Origin: Pyrinomonadales bacterium
GTDB taxonomy: Bacteria; Acidobacteriota; Blastocatellia; Pyrinomonadales; Pyrinomonadaceae
DNA length: 64,000 nt
Assembly: GCA_038245555.1 (NCBI GenBank)
Contig: JBBRSH010000006.1
Location: 7,151 to 71,150, forward strand
Direction of reading: 5' to 3'
Positions 1 through 6,853 of this stretch are shown here, piece after piece. A program made the position numbers and the translations under genes. The notes beneath the pieces were generated by a model. That model was not told where the DNA came from. It searched no databases and saw nothing but the letters and a program-made list of their open reading frames with translations. Numbering within the stretch: position 1 is the stretch's first letter; each line of letters starts with the position of its first letter.

Positions 1-1752
1 CGGAAAATAAAGTGGGATCGCGAAAACGTTGTAAATTGCTTCCTGTTCGCTGAGCGTCGGTTCCGGCTGAGGCTCGGATTTGCCCGCGACATTCGTTCCA
101 GGCGTGGTGCCGGCGACTGGCCCCTCGGCCTTTGGAGCGGTTCCCGTCGGCGTACGCTCGGCATGAGTCTCACCAGAGACCTCATTGCTCTTACTCGACT
201 TGGCGGGTTTGTCTTCAGAAGTTGCGAACTTCGCGATTACAGTGCTTAAGTTAACCTGCTCATCCATCGTCGGCATAACGGCTCCGCGCCTGATCAGGTC
301 AAAATCGCCCGCAGCTCGAACTGCTTCCATTTCGGACAATTCTTTTGTAATTACCTGCGTTTCGATGTTCAAGTTCTGTTTCCACATCCTGGCGACCGTC
401 TTGGCGATCCGCTGCTGCGTCTCGTTACGGTTAACGACAAGGCGAATGACCGGGAAATTGGCGCCATTCGAATATCCGGCCTTCTCAAGGATGTCTTTCG
501 CTTGTGCGGTATCGTATAAAAACGATGACTTATTTGGCGTTCCGCCGAACGGCAGGAACGAATACGCGGGCTGACTTGAGCCTTCCAATTCTCCCTCTGC
601 CAGCCGGTCGCGATCGATCGATATCGCGAGGGCTTCGCGGACTCGACGGTCGCTGAAGGGTGGACTTGCCGGGTTGAATTCGTAAAAATTGAGAGCTCCG
701 TGGACCGTTCTTCGAAAATCCTCATACGGCGACAGAAGTTTTAAAGTCAGCGGCTCAAAAGTCGAATTCGTCACCGCGTCGACCGCACCGGTGCGATATG
801 CCTCAAGCGCCTTTTCGGCGCTGTCCATCGGCACAAAACGGACTCGCTCGAGCAATACGGCCTTTCGGTTCCAATACATGTCGGATCGTTCCAACGAGAT
901 GCCGTCGGCCGCGATGGACTTAACCCGAAATGGGCCGTTCGTTACCACGTCACTATCCAGGCCTTTAGTATCGAATTCGACTCCGTCACCATAGATCGGC
1001 CGAAAGATCGGGTTTGCGACAAGCTTTGGCAGATCTTTGTCCGGCGATTCGAGGGTTACGGTCAAGGTGCGATCGTCCAAGGCGACAGCCCCGAAAGCCG
1101 GCTGGGTTTTTGAGCCATCCTTCGATCGGTCACGGACTGCGTCGCCTTTCTTTTTCTCCGAATTTTCCGGGCTCGCCTCGGCTGAGGGCTTCACAGGGGC
1201 GTTGGCATTCGACGGTCGCGAAACCAGTGGACGCTGGTCAGACGGCGACTCGCGCAAAAAGTCGGTCGGCTCGCTGGGGTTTGCCTCAAGTGTTTCCGGT
1301 CGACTTCGCATCCCAACTATATTCTGAAAAAGAAACGGATTTGCCGTCTTTTCGCGAAGGTTGACCAGGCGTTTCCAGGAATTGACAAACTCGTCAGCGA
1401 TGACCGCTTCGCCGGTCGACCAGCGCGCATCTTTTCGCAAATGAAAGGTCCACGTTTTAAGGTCCGGCGAGGATTCCCAGCGTTCCGCGACTCCGGGAAC
1501 TTCCTTTAGGGTTTTGGCATCGATCTCGGTGAGTCCTTCGTAGAGCGTTTGTACAATACTGGTTTCAGGAGCGGCAGCGGCCCTCGCCGGGTCGAGACTC
1601 TTTGGCATTTTGCCATTGCTCCAGCGAAATTCCTGAATAGACGGCGGGGTTGTTTTTGCAAAGAATGGCTCGGTCGTCGGGCGAGTGATCTGATTGCAGC
1701 CAAGCAGAGAAACCGTTAGGCCTATTAATAAGATCCTCGATACGCACAGCAT
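1..1752 (-). CDS. ABC transporter substrate-binding lipoprotein, family 5 (peptide/nickel, OppA/DppA-like); the 3' end runs off the left edge of the window
   Basis: Absent from the ORF track because it has no in-window stop. The minus-strand frame starting at ATG 1752 is open to position 1, and no other ORF is listed in that frame. N-terminus by manual translation is MLCVSRILLIGLTVSLLGCNQ (signal peptide plus lipobox). Later segments are WSNGKMPKSLDPARAAAAPETSIVQTLYEGLTEID, LRKDARWSTGEAVIADEFVNSWKR and FYEFNPASPPFSDRRVREALAISIDRDRL, typical of family-5 binding proteins. Confidence 0.8.
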   Translation of the reverse strand, partial: MLCVSRILLIGLTVSLLGCNQITRPTTEPFFAKTTPPSIQEFRWSNGKMPKSLDPARAAAAPETSIVQTLYEGLTEIDAKTLKEVPGVAERWESSPDLKTWTFHLRKDARWSTGEAVIADEFVNSWKRLVNLREKTANPFLFQNIVGMRSRPETLEANPSEPTDFLRESPSDQRPLVSRPSNANAPVKPSAEASPENSEKKKGDAVRDRSKDGSKTQPAFGAVALDDRTLTVTLESPDKDLPKLVANPIFRPIYGDGVEFDTKGLDSDVVTNGPFRVKSIAADGISLERSDMYWNRKAVLLERVRFVPMDSAEKALEAYRTGAVDAVTNSTFEPLTLKLLSPYEDFRRTVHGALNFYEFNPASPPFSDRRVREALAISIDRDRLAEGELEGSSQPAYSFLPFGGTPNKSSFLYDTAQAKDILEKAGYSNGANFPVIRLVVNRNETQQRIAKTVARMWKQNLNIETQVITKELSEMEAVRAAGDFDLIRRGAVMPTMDEQVNLSTVIAKFATSEDKPAKSSKSNEVSGETHAERTPTGTAPKAEGPVAGTTPGTNVAGKSEPQPEPTLSEQEAIYNVFAIPLYFP

Positions 1753-1792
1753 TGCCGACAGAGCCGGCCAATGTTGCCGCGGGATTCGCTTA

Positions 1793-2413
1793 TTATTGTC
1801 CATCAGTTTGCACGGCCAGTTCACGCAACGTCACGGCCAGTTCGAGAGTCTGTCGTCGAGTGTCGTCAAGTCCGTCGGAGGTATCGATCAGGAAGTCCGC
1901 GTACCGCTTTTTTTCATCCTGCGGCATTTGAGCGTTGATGCGTTTTACGGCTTCGGTTTCGCTCAAATTATCGCGTAACATCAACCGTTTCAATTGTATC
2001 TCAGGTTCGCACCAGACAACAATAAGTTTATCGAACCGAGCGTAGCTACCGGATTCGATCATCAAGGCGGCATCTATAGCGGCGATCCCGTTTGGTTCTC
2101 TTGATTCAACCTCTCGCATCCACTGTTCCTGGGCGGTGTGGACGCGGGGATGAATGATCGAATTGAGAATTTCCCGCTTTGCGTCGTTGGCGAACACGAT
2201 ACTCGCCATCTTTTTCCGGTCGAGGCGGCCGTCCTCGGTCAACATTTCGGAACCGAACACGCTCACAATTTCGGCGAGGCCCGGAGTTCCGGGTTCGACA
2301 ACTTCGCGGGCCGTCTTGTCTGCGTCAAGGACGTGAAAACCGGCTTCGCGTAGGATATCGCAAACCACTGATTTGCCAACCGCAATCGAGCCTGTCAGAC
2401 CGATCTTTAACAT
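1793..2413 (-). CDS. coaE: dephospho-CoA kinase
   Basis: 206 aa. P-loop N-terminus MLKIGLTGSIAVGKS, followed by HVLDADK and IIHPRV segments typical of CoaE. Confidence 0.9.
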   Translation of the reverse strand: MLKIGLTGSIAVGKSVVCDILREAGFHVLDADKTAREVVEPGTPGLAEIVSVFGSEMLTEDGRLDRKKMASIVFANDAKREILNSIIHPRVHTAQEQWMREVESREPNGIAAIDAALMIESGSYARFDKLIVVWCEPEIQLKRLMLRDNLSETEAVKRINAQMPQDEKKRYADFLIDTSDGLDDTRRQTLELAVTLRELAVQTDGQ

Positions 2414-2415
2414 AG

Positions 2416-2443
2416 TGGAAAATGGAAAATGGAAAATGGAAAA
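2416..2443. repeat. perfect tandem heptamer array (TGGAAAA) x4, starting 3 nt upstream of the coaE start codon
   Basis: Read directly: tggaaaa tggaaaa tggaaaa tggaaaa. Lies between the stop of the four-helix-bundle gene (2468) and the coaE start (2413). Confidence 0.9.
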
Positions 2444-2467
2444 TTCATTTGTTTGCTTTTGCAGTTT

Positions 2468-2803
2468 TTATTGAGGATGTAGGAGCTTCTGTAGTTCATT
2501 ACAATCTTCTAATAAGGAATTCGCCTGCTTGCCGCTAATATACTCACTGTCTCGAAGAAGATTTAGCCAGTAATCCGTTTCAAACGATTCTTTAAGGGCG
2601 ATAGCGAGCTTATGTATGAAATCCGCTTTGGATTGGGCTTGATTGGCCTCGGCCACATTCGCACCAATCGAGGTGCCTGAACGCAGGACCTGTTTTGACA
2701 ACACGAACTCCTTTTTCGATTCGGAAAGATGTTTGTAAAGTTTAATGACTCGCAGTGCAAACGCGTAAGATTTGGTTTTCAGGACATTTTCTTTACTTTC
2801 CAT
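2468..2803 (-). CDS. four-helix-bundle protein (23S rRNA intervening-sequence protein family, Avd-like)
   Basis: 111 aa. KSYAFALRVIKLYKHL, LSKQVLRSGTSIGANVAEANQAQSKADFIHKLAIALKESFETDYWLNLL matches the family pattern (QhxRSxxSIxANIAEG..S..DF..KL.IA.KE..ET.YWL). Confidence 0.85.
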   Translation of the reverse strand: MESKENVLKTKSYAFALRVIKLYKHLSESKKEFVLSKQVLRSGTSIGANVAEANQAQSKADFIHKLAIALKESFETDYWLNLLRDSEYISGKQANSLLEDCNELQKLLHPQ

Positions 2804-2831
2804 TATCCGTTATCCATTCTTCATTATTTGC
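2804..2831. repeat. degenerate tandem heptamer array (TATCCGT TATCCAT TCTTCAT TATTTGC) directly upstream of the four-helix-bundle start codon, overlapping the stop of the mazG-like gene
   Basis: Read directly. The reverse complement (..ATGAAGA ATGGATA ACGGATA) is partly complementary to the TGGAAAA array at 2416-2443, so the two arrays form an imperfect inverted repeat around the gene. Confidence 0.6.
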
Positions 2832-3159
2832 CGTGTCGTTTTGCTAATTTTTCGACATTAAATTCGGCTATCTCGGTTAGCGTGAGATCGAGTTCGTCGG
2901 CACATGCCGAGATGTACCAGAGAACGTCACCAAGCTCGTCCTTTAGCTTTGCCCGGATCTCGTCCTTCAAGATCCCGTCGTGGTCGCGTTGGATCTTTTT
3001 GACAATATTGGCAACCTCGCCCGCCTCGCCGGCGAGGCCGAGCGTGGGATATTCGAGATTTTCGAGCCGACGAGGATAAAGTGCCGTTTTACGGGCTTCC
3101 GATTGGTATTCTTCAAAGTTCATAAAGTTTATTCGGCTGCGGACGCCCCCAGAGATCAA
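2824..3159 (-). CDS. MazG-like nucleotide pyrophosphohydrolase (small all-alpha NTP-PPase)
   Basis: EYQSEARKTALYP, LGLAGEAGEVANIVKKIQRD and ELGDVLWYISACADELDLTL are MazG-domain EExxE/D-type motifs. The true start may be the internal MNFEEYQ at 3123. Confidence 0.8.
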   Translation of the reverse strand: MISGGVRSRINFMNFEEYQSEARKTALYPRRLENLEYPTLGLAGEAGEVANIVKKIQRDHDGILKDEIRAKLKDELGDVLWYISACADELDLTLTEIAEFNVEKLAKRHGK

Positions 3160-3220
3160 TTTATATTATCGGCATAGCCAGGATCGTCAGAAAGACAGTT
3201 TATTATCGTTCCAAAGCTGT

Positions 3221-4159
3221 TTATCCAATTGTAACTTTTCTACGGACCATCGCGGCGTCGACGGTGTTTTTCATCAGCATAGCGACTGTCAGCAGGCCCA
3301 CGCCTCCCGGGACGGGCGTAAAGTTGGCGGCCCTTTCGAGCGCTTCTTTAGGGTTGACGTCGCCGACCAGCGTCGAGCCTTTTGCCTGGATCGTCACGAG
3401 TCGTTTTTCGAGATCGTCGCCTGCGAACAATTCCTTCGCGACATCCGGATCGGACAAGTTGTTGATGCCGACGTCGATCACCGTTGCACCTTCGCCAATG
3501 TGCTCGCCGCGGATAAATCCCGCCCGGCCGATCGCCGCGACCAGGATGTCCGCCCGCGAACAAACATCGGCAAGATCTTTTGTCTTCGAGTGACAAATGG
3601 TGACCGTCGCATTCTCCTGCAGCAGAAGCATTGCCATCGGTTTACCGACAATGTTGCTTCGGCCAACGACGACTGCATTCTGGCCGGCGATCAGGATATC
3701 GGCTCGCTTTAGCAATTCGATCACGCCGGCCGGCGTGCACGGAGCGAGTGCGTGTTGCCCCTGCATTAGACGTCCGGCGTTGATGGGGTGAAAGCCGTCC
3801 ACGTCCTTTTTCGGATCGATACGCTCCAGGATCTCCTGTTCGTTCATGCCCGACGGGAGCGGAAGTTGAACCAAAATACCGTCGACGTCATCCCTGGCAT
3901 TCAGTTGGTCCACGATCTCGATGATAGTTTGCTGTGTCGTATCGGGTGGCAAATGGATCTGTTCCGACCTGATCCCGAGATCTTTGGCCGTTTTTATCTT
4001 GCTTCCGACATACACAGCCGAAGCCGGATCTTCGCCGACACGGACAACGACCAGACACGGTGAAATGCCGTTTTGCTTACGAAGAACGGCGACCCTTGAC
4101 GCGACTTCGGCCTTGATCTCTTCGGCGATCGGTTTTCCACTCAGTATCTTTGCTGGCAT
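3221..4159 (-). CDS. folD: bifunctional methylenetetrahydrofolate dehydrogenase / methenyltetrahydrofolate cyclohydrolase
   Basis: 312 aa. LVVVRVGEDPASAVYVGSKIKTAKDLGI, DGILVQLPLP, CTPAGVIELL, VVVGRSNIVGKPMAMLL and PVPGGVGLLTVAML are canonical FolD blocks. Confidence 0.92.
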   Translation of the reverse strand: MPAKILSGKPIAEEIKAEVASRVAVLRKQNGISPCLVVVRVGEDPASAVYVGSKIKTAKDLGIRSEQIHLPPDTTQQTIIEIVDQLNARDDVDGILVQLPLPSGMNEQEILERIDPKKDVDGFHPINAGRLMQGQHALAPCTPAGVIELLKRADILIAGQNAVVVGRSNIVGKPMAMLLLQENATVTICHSKTKDLADVCSRADILVAAIGRAGFIRGEHIGEGATVIDVGINNLSDPDVAKELFAGDDLEKRLVTIQAKGSTLVGDVNPKEALERAANFTPVPGGVGLLTVAMLMKNTVDAAMVRRKVTIG

Positions 4160-4231
4160 ATTGAAGACCGATTTTAACGCAAACGGTTCAACTTTGCTAA
4201 AATCGGCAATATCGACCGTTTTTTTAATAAT

Positions 4232-5146
4232 ATGCGTTACGTAATTGTATTCGTCGCCGTCATTTTTTTGTTTACGTCATGTCAGAAGCCTCCAGCAACG
4301 GTTAATAACGCGTCTTCTCCGGCTGCCGCGTCCGCCACCGAGAAGCGCTATCCGCTAAAGGGCAAGATAATCAGCGTTGATAAGGATGCCAAAAAGGCCA
4401 AGATCGAGCATGAAAGTATTCCTGGCTATATGGATGGCATGACAATGGACTTTCCGATCCACGAAGACTGGGTTTGGAAGGAACTTACGCCGGGCGCCGA
4501 GATACGGGCCGAATTAGTCGTCGATAGCACCGCCAAGGATCCGTTCTGGCTTGAAAAGATCGGAATAATTCAATTGCCCGGCTCGGATCAGCCCAATGTG
4601 CCCGTCAACGAGAAATTTGCGCAAGTCGGACAGCCTGTGCCTGATTTTTCGTTGACCAATCAGGACGGCAAACCCATATCGATCAAGGACTTCCGCGGCA
4701 AGGCCCTCGCGATCACGTTTATTTACTCCAAGTGCCCGCTTCCCGATTACTGCATCCGGATGTCGACCAATTTCAGCGATCTTGCGAATCAGTTAAAGAC
4801 GGACGCCGCGCTGAAGGACAAGATCCGCTTGCTCAGTATTTCTTTCGACCCGGCAAACGACACGCCCGCCAAATTGCGGTCCTACGGCATCGGTTACCTC
4901 GGCAACGACCCAAAGACTAAGTTTGATGTCTGGCAATTAGCAGTTGGTAAAGATGAGGAGGTGCGAAAGATCGCCGACTTTTTTGGCCTGCGATACGAGG
5001 TAGACGCCAAAGACAAGACACAGATCAACCATTCGCTGCGGACGGCCGTTATATCACCCGAGGGCAAAGTCACAAAGATCTTTCCCGGAAATGAATGGAC
5101 GCCAGCCGAGCTGTTGAAAGAACTCGAAGCCGCAAGCAGTAAGTAG
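4232..5146 (+). CDS. SCO1/SenC-family copper chaperone lipoprotein with an N-terminal CusF-like copper-binding domain
   Basis: Lipobox LFTSC. N-terminal domain KGKIISVDKDAKKAKIEHESIPGYMDGMTMDFPI is a CusF-like MxM motif. C-terminal thioredoxin fold: PDFSLTNQDGKPISIKDFRGKALAITFIYSKCPLPDYC, ISFDPANDTP and INHSLRTAVISPEG. Confidence 0.85.
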   Translation: MRYVIVFVAVIFLFTSCQKPPATVNNASSPAAASATEKRYPLKGKIISVDKDAKKAKIEHESIPGYMDGMTMDFPIHEDWVWKELTPGAEIRAELVVDSTAKDPFWLEKIGIIQLPGSDQPNVPVNEKFAQVGQPVPDFSLTNQDGKPISIKDFRGKALAITFIYSKCPLPDYCIRMSTNFSDLANQLKTDAALKDKIRLLSISFDPANDTPAKLRSYGIGYLGNDPKTKFDVWQLAVGKDEEVRKIADFFGLRYEVDAKDKTQINHSLRTAVISPEGKVTKIFPGNEWTPAELLKELEAASSK

Positions 5147-5276
5147 TGATGTCGCGACTGATTCGCCTTCAGTAGCCAGAATTGATCCGTGCACGAATAG
5201 ATGATGGCACCCGCCCCAAACAGGCGGTGCGATATTGAAAGTAAATTTGACTATTTATTAGTAGGAGGCGGGCTTG

Positions 5277-5362
5277 TTTTATAGTCAATGCAACTCAATC
5301 GCAACACCAAAAAACACCATGACGGTGCAGGAGACGGAAGAGCACTTGACTTACGGCTTGTC
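5277..5362. repeat. left arm of an imperfect inverted repeat of about 85 bp (partner at 6310-6392)
   Basis: 5277.. ttttatagtcaatgcaactcaatcgcaacaccaaaaaacaccatgacggtgcaggagacggaagagcacttgacttacggc. Reverse complement of 6310-6392 is ctttattgtcaacgcaactcaagcccaacaccaaaaaagcattatgacggtgcaggagacggtagtacgcttgacttgcagc. Roughly 80 percent identical by hand alignment. Confidence 0.8.
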
Positions 5363-5639
5363 ACCAACGGTGACGAAAATTATAGCGTAGGGTGTGAACC
5401 CTACGTAACCAAATAAAAAGGGGTCGTCGCCGAAGGTGACGAACAAGTGTATGCCACAGTCTCTGGTGAAGATATTGATACATGTTGTCTTCTCGACAAA
5501 GAACCGGGTAGATATGATCGTGCCTGAGATCGAAAGTGGATTATTCGGTTACATACACGGAATCGTTGAATAATAAGTCGAGCGCTTCCCAGTGACCAAC
5601 CAAATAATAGGATTAGGGCATCGAAGTGTTTAATAGCGT

Positions 5640-6269
5640 ATGAGAATGTTTCGAGCGGCGTTAATTGTTGTCCTAGCAATCGGCGCGACAGCCGGACAGA
5701 CAAAGATGACCAAAGAAGAGTACGAGATATACGGCCTCGTACTTACTGAGATTGTTCATTCCGAAAAGCTCGAAAACCCTTACAATCACAATCACTATGT
5801 GATCGCATCAAAGACCATTGAACTCGACCCGAACTTCGAAAAGCGAAGGTCAAGTTTGTACAGGAGTTTTAATAATCGAAATCGAGTGCGGGCCGATGTG
5901 GAGCGGCGGTTTCGGGTACGTTTGTCATACTCGATCGCCGACGAACAAGAAATACTTCTTTGGGCAAAGCAAGATGCCGACGAGTTCAACGCAGAAATGA
6001 AAGCTGCGAAAGAGAGGGCGCTTGCGAATCATACGCCGATGCCGTGGAGCATGTGCGGGGCTTCGTGGAAAAGGTTCTCCGTGCGCTTTCCACAATCAGA
6101 AGGTTACTATCAGATTTCCAGGATCGGTTTCAGCCGCGATCACCGTCGAGGGTATGTCATAATTGTCGGCCAGGGAAGCTCATGGAATCGTACCTATCAA
6201 TATTGGCTTAAATGGACGAGTCACGGCTGGGAAACCGGTCAGGCCGCGGGCTCCTTCGGTGTATGTTAG
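5640..6269 (+). CDS. hypothetical secreted protein (signal peptide; no recognised domain)
   Basis: 209 aa. N-terminus MRMFRAALIVVLAIGATAGQ is signal-like. It is the only sizeable ORF between the two inverted-repeat arms. Confidence 0.6.
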   Translation: MRMFRAALIVVLAIGATAGQTKMTKEEYEIYGLVLTEIVHSEKLENPYNHNHYVIASKTIELDPNFEKRRSSLYRSFNNRNRVRADVERRFRVRLSYSIADEQEILLWAKQDADEFNAEMKAAKERALANHTPMPWSMCGASWKRFSVRFPQSEGYYQISRIGFSRDHRRGYVIIVGQGSSWNRTYQYWLKWTSHGWETGQAAGSFGVC

Positions 6270-6309
6270 TAGGCGTCCTCGAAAAAAATCGGGGTCATCT
6301 ATGAAGAAA

Positions 6310-6392
6310 CGCTGCAAGTCAAGCGTACTACCGTCTCCTGCACCGTCATAATGCTTTTTTGGTGTTGGGCTTGAGTTGCGTTGACAATAAAG
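6310..6392. repeat. right arm of the inverted repeat of about 85 bp (partner at 5277-5362)
   Basis: See the left-arm entry. Confidence 0.8.
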
Positions 6393-6434
6393 GAGAGTTG
6401 AATATGTCTAAATTAATACGTAGCGGCCAGAATA

Positions 6435-6511
6435 GAAATCGGGGCCAGGCCTGTCATATTGATCATTCTGTTTCGACGGTCTTTCGATGAATGAAAGATT
6501 TCCCGGTAATC
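6435..6511 (+). repeat. partial, diverged copy of the intergenic repeat of about 160 nt (first half only)
   Basis: gaaatcggggccaggcctgtcatattgatcatt..cggtctttcgatgaatgaaagatttcccgg aligns with 9231-9300 (gaatcagggtctggcctgttatattgactatt..cggtctgttcgtcgtttggctaaagcccgg). Confidence 0.55.
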
Positions 6512-6652
6512 TACAGTCCGCAAGAACCCGCGATAACGCCCCGCGCAGACTAGATCATCGTTTACCCCGCATTTGACCGTCATACTAACTCTACTCCCTC
6601 ACTAGTCGTTGCCGTCAATACAAAAACCACTAGTAACTGAACTCTCGAAAAT

Positions 6653-6792
6653 GTCAGCATTCGTGGCCTTTTCGTCGTTTGGCTAAAGCCCGGATCCTTT
6701 TTTGATCTCGTATCCAATAACTAAAAAGCTAGTGGCAATTCATTCGCCGATCACGTGCCCTACGTCTGCGTGGCTAGGTGCCCTCGGGAACG
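6653..6792 (+). repeat. copy of the intergenic repeat of about 160 nt, downstream of the stop of the beta-helix/FG-GAP gene
   Basis: 6671-6712 is identical over 42 nt to 9275-9316 (ttcgtcgtttggctaaagcccggatccttttttgatctcgta). It continues with a near-identical segment gtggcaattcattcgccgRtcacgtgccctacRtctgcgtggctaggtgcc. Confidence 0.85.
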
Positions 6793-6853
6793 CGCGAAAA
6801 AGAGGCCGCCTTTTCGGACAGCCCCTTTAGAGTTACAGCAACAATAGGTGCTA

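Noticed and set aside
2416-2443. Short tandem repeats here, and at 9446-9587 and 63584-63640, considered as a possible CRISPR array
   Set aside because: The units are 7 nt with no spacers. CRISPR repeats are 24-48 nt separated by unique spacers, and no cas genes are present.
3374-3463. Extra segment of about 25-30 aa in FolD (NNLSDPDVAKELFAGDDLEKRLVTIQAKGS) relative to the classical enzyme, considered as another in-frame element
   Set aside because: The DNA shows no palindrome or repeat structure and the peptide is of normal complexity. Lineage-specific insertions at this loop of FolD are plausible ordinary variation.
6733-6747. TGGCAATTCATTCGC in both copies of the 160-nt repeat (also 9334-9348), resembling a sigma-54 -24/-12 promoter (TGGCAC-N5-TTGC)
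   Set aside because: The GG and GC spacing fits but the -12 box is TCGC. The orientation also points into the antisense strand of the beta-helix gene for one copy and is 600 nt from the next gene for the other. No enhancer-binding protein gene is nearby.
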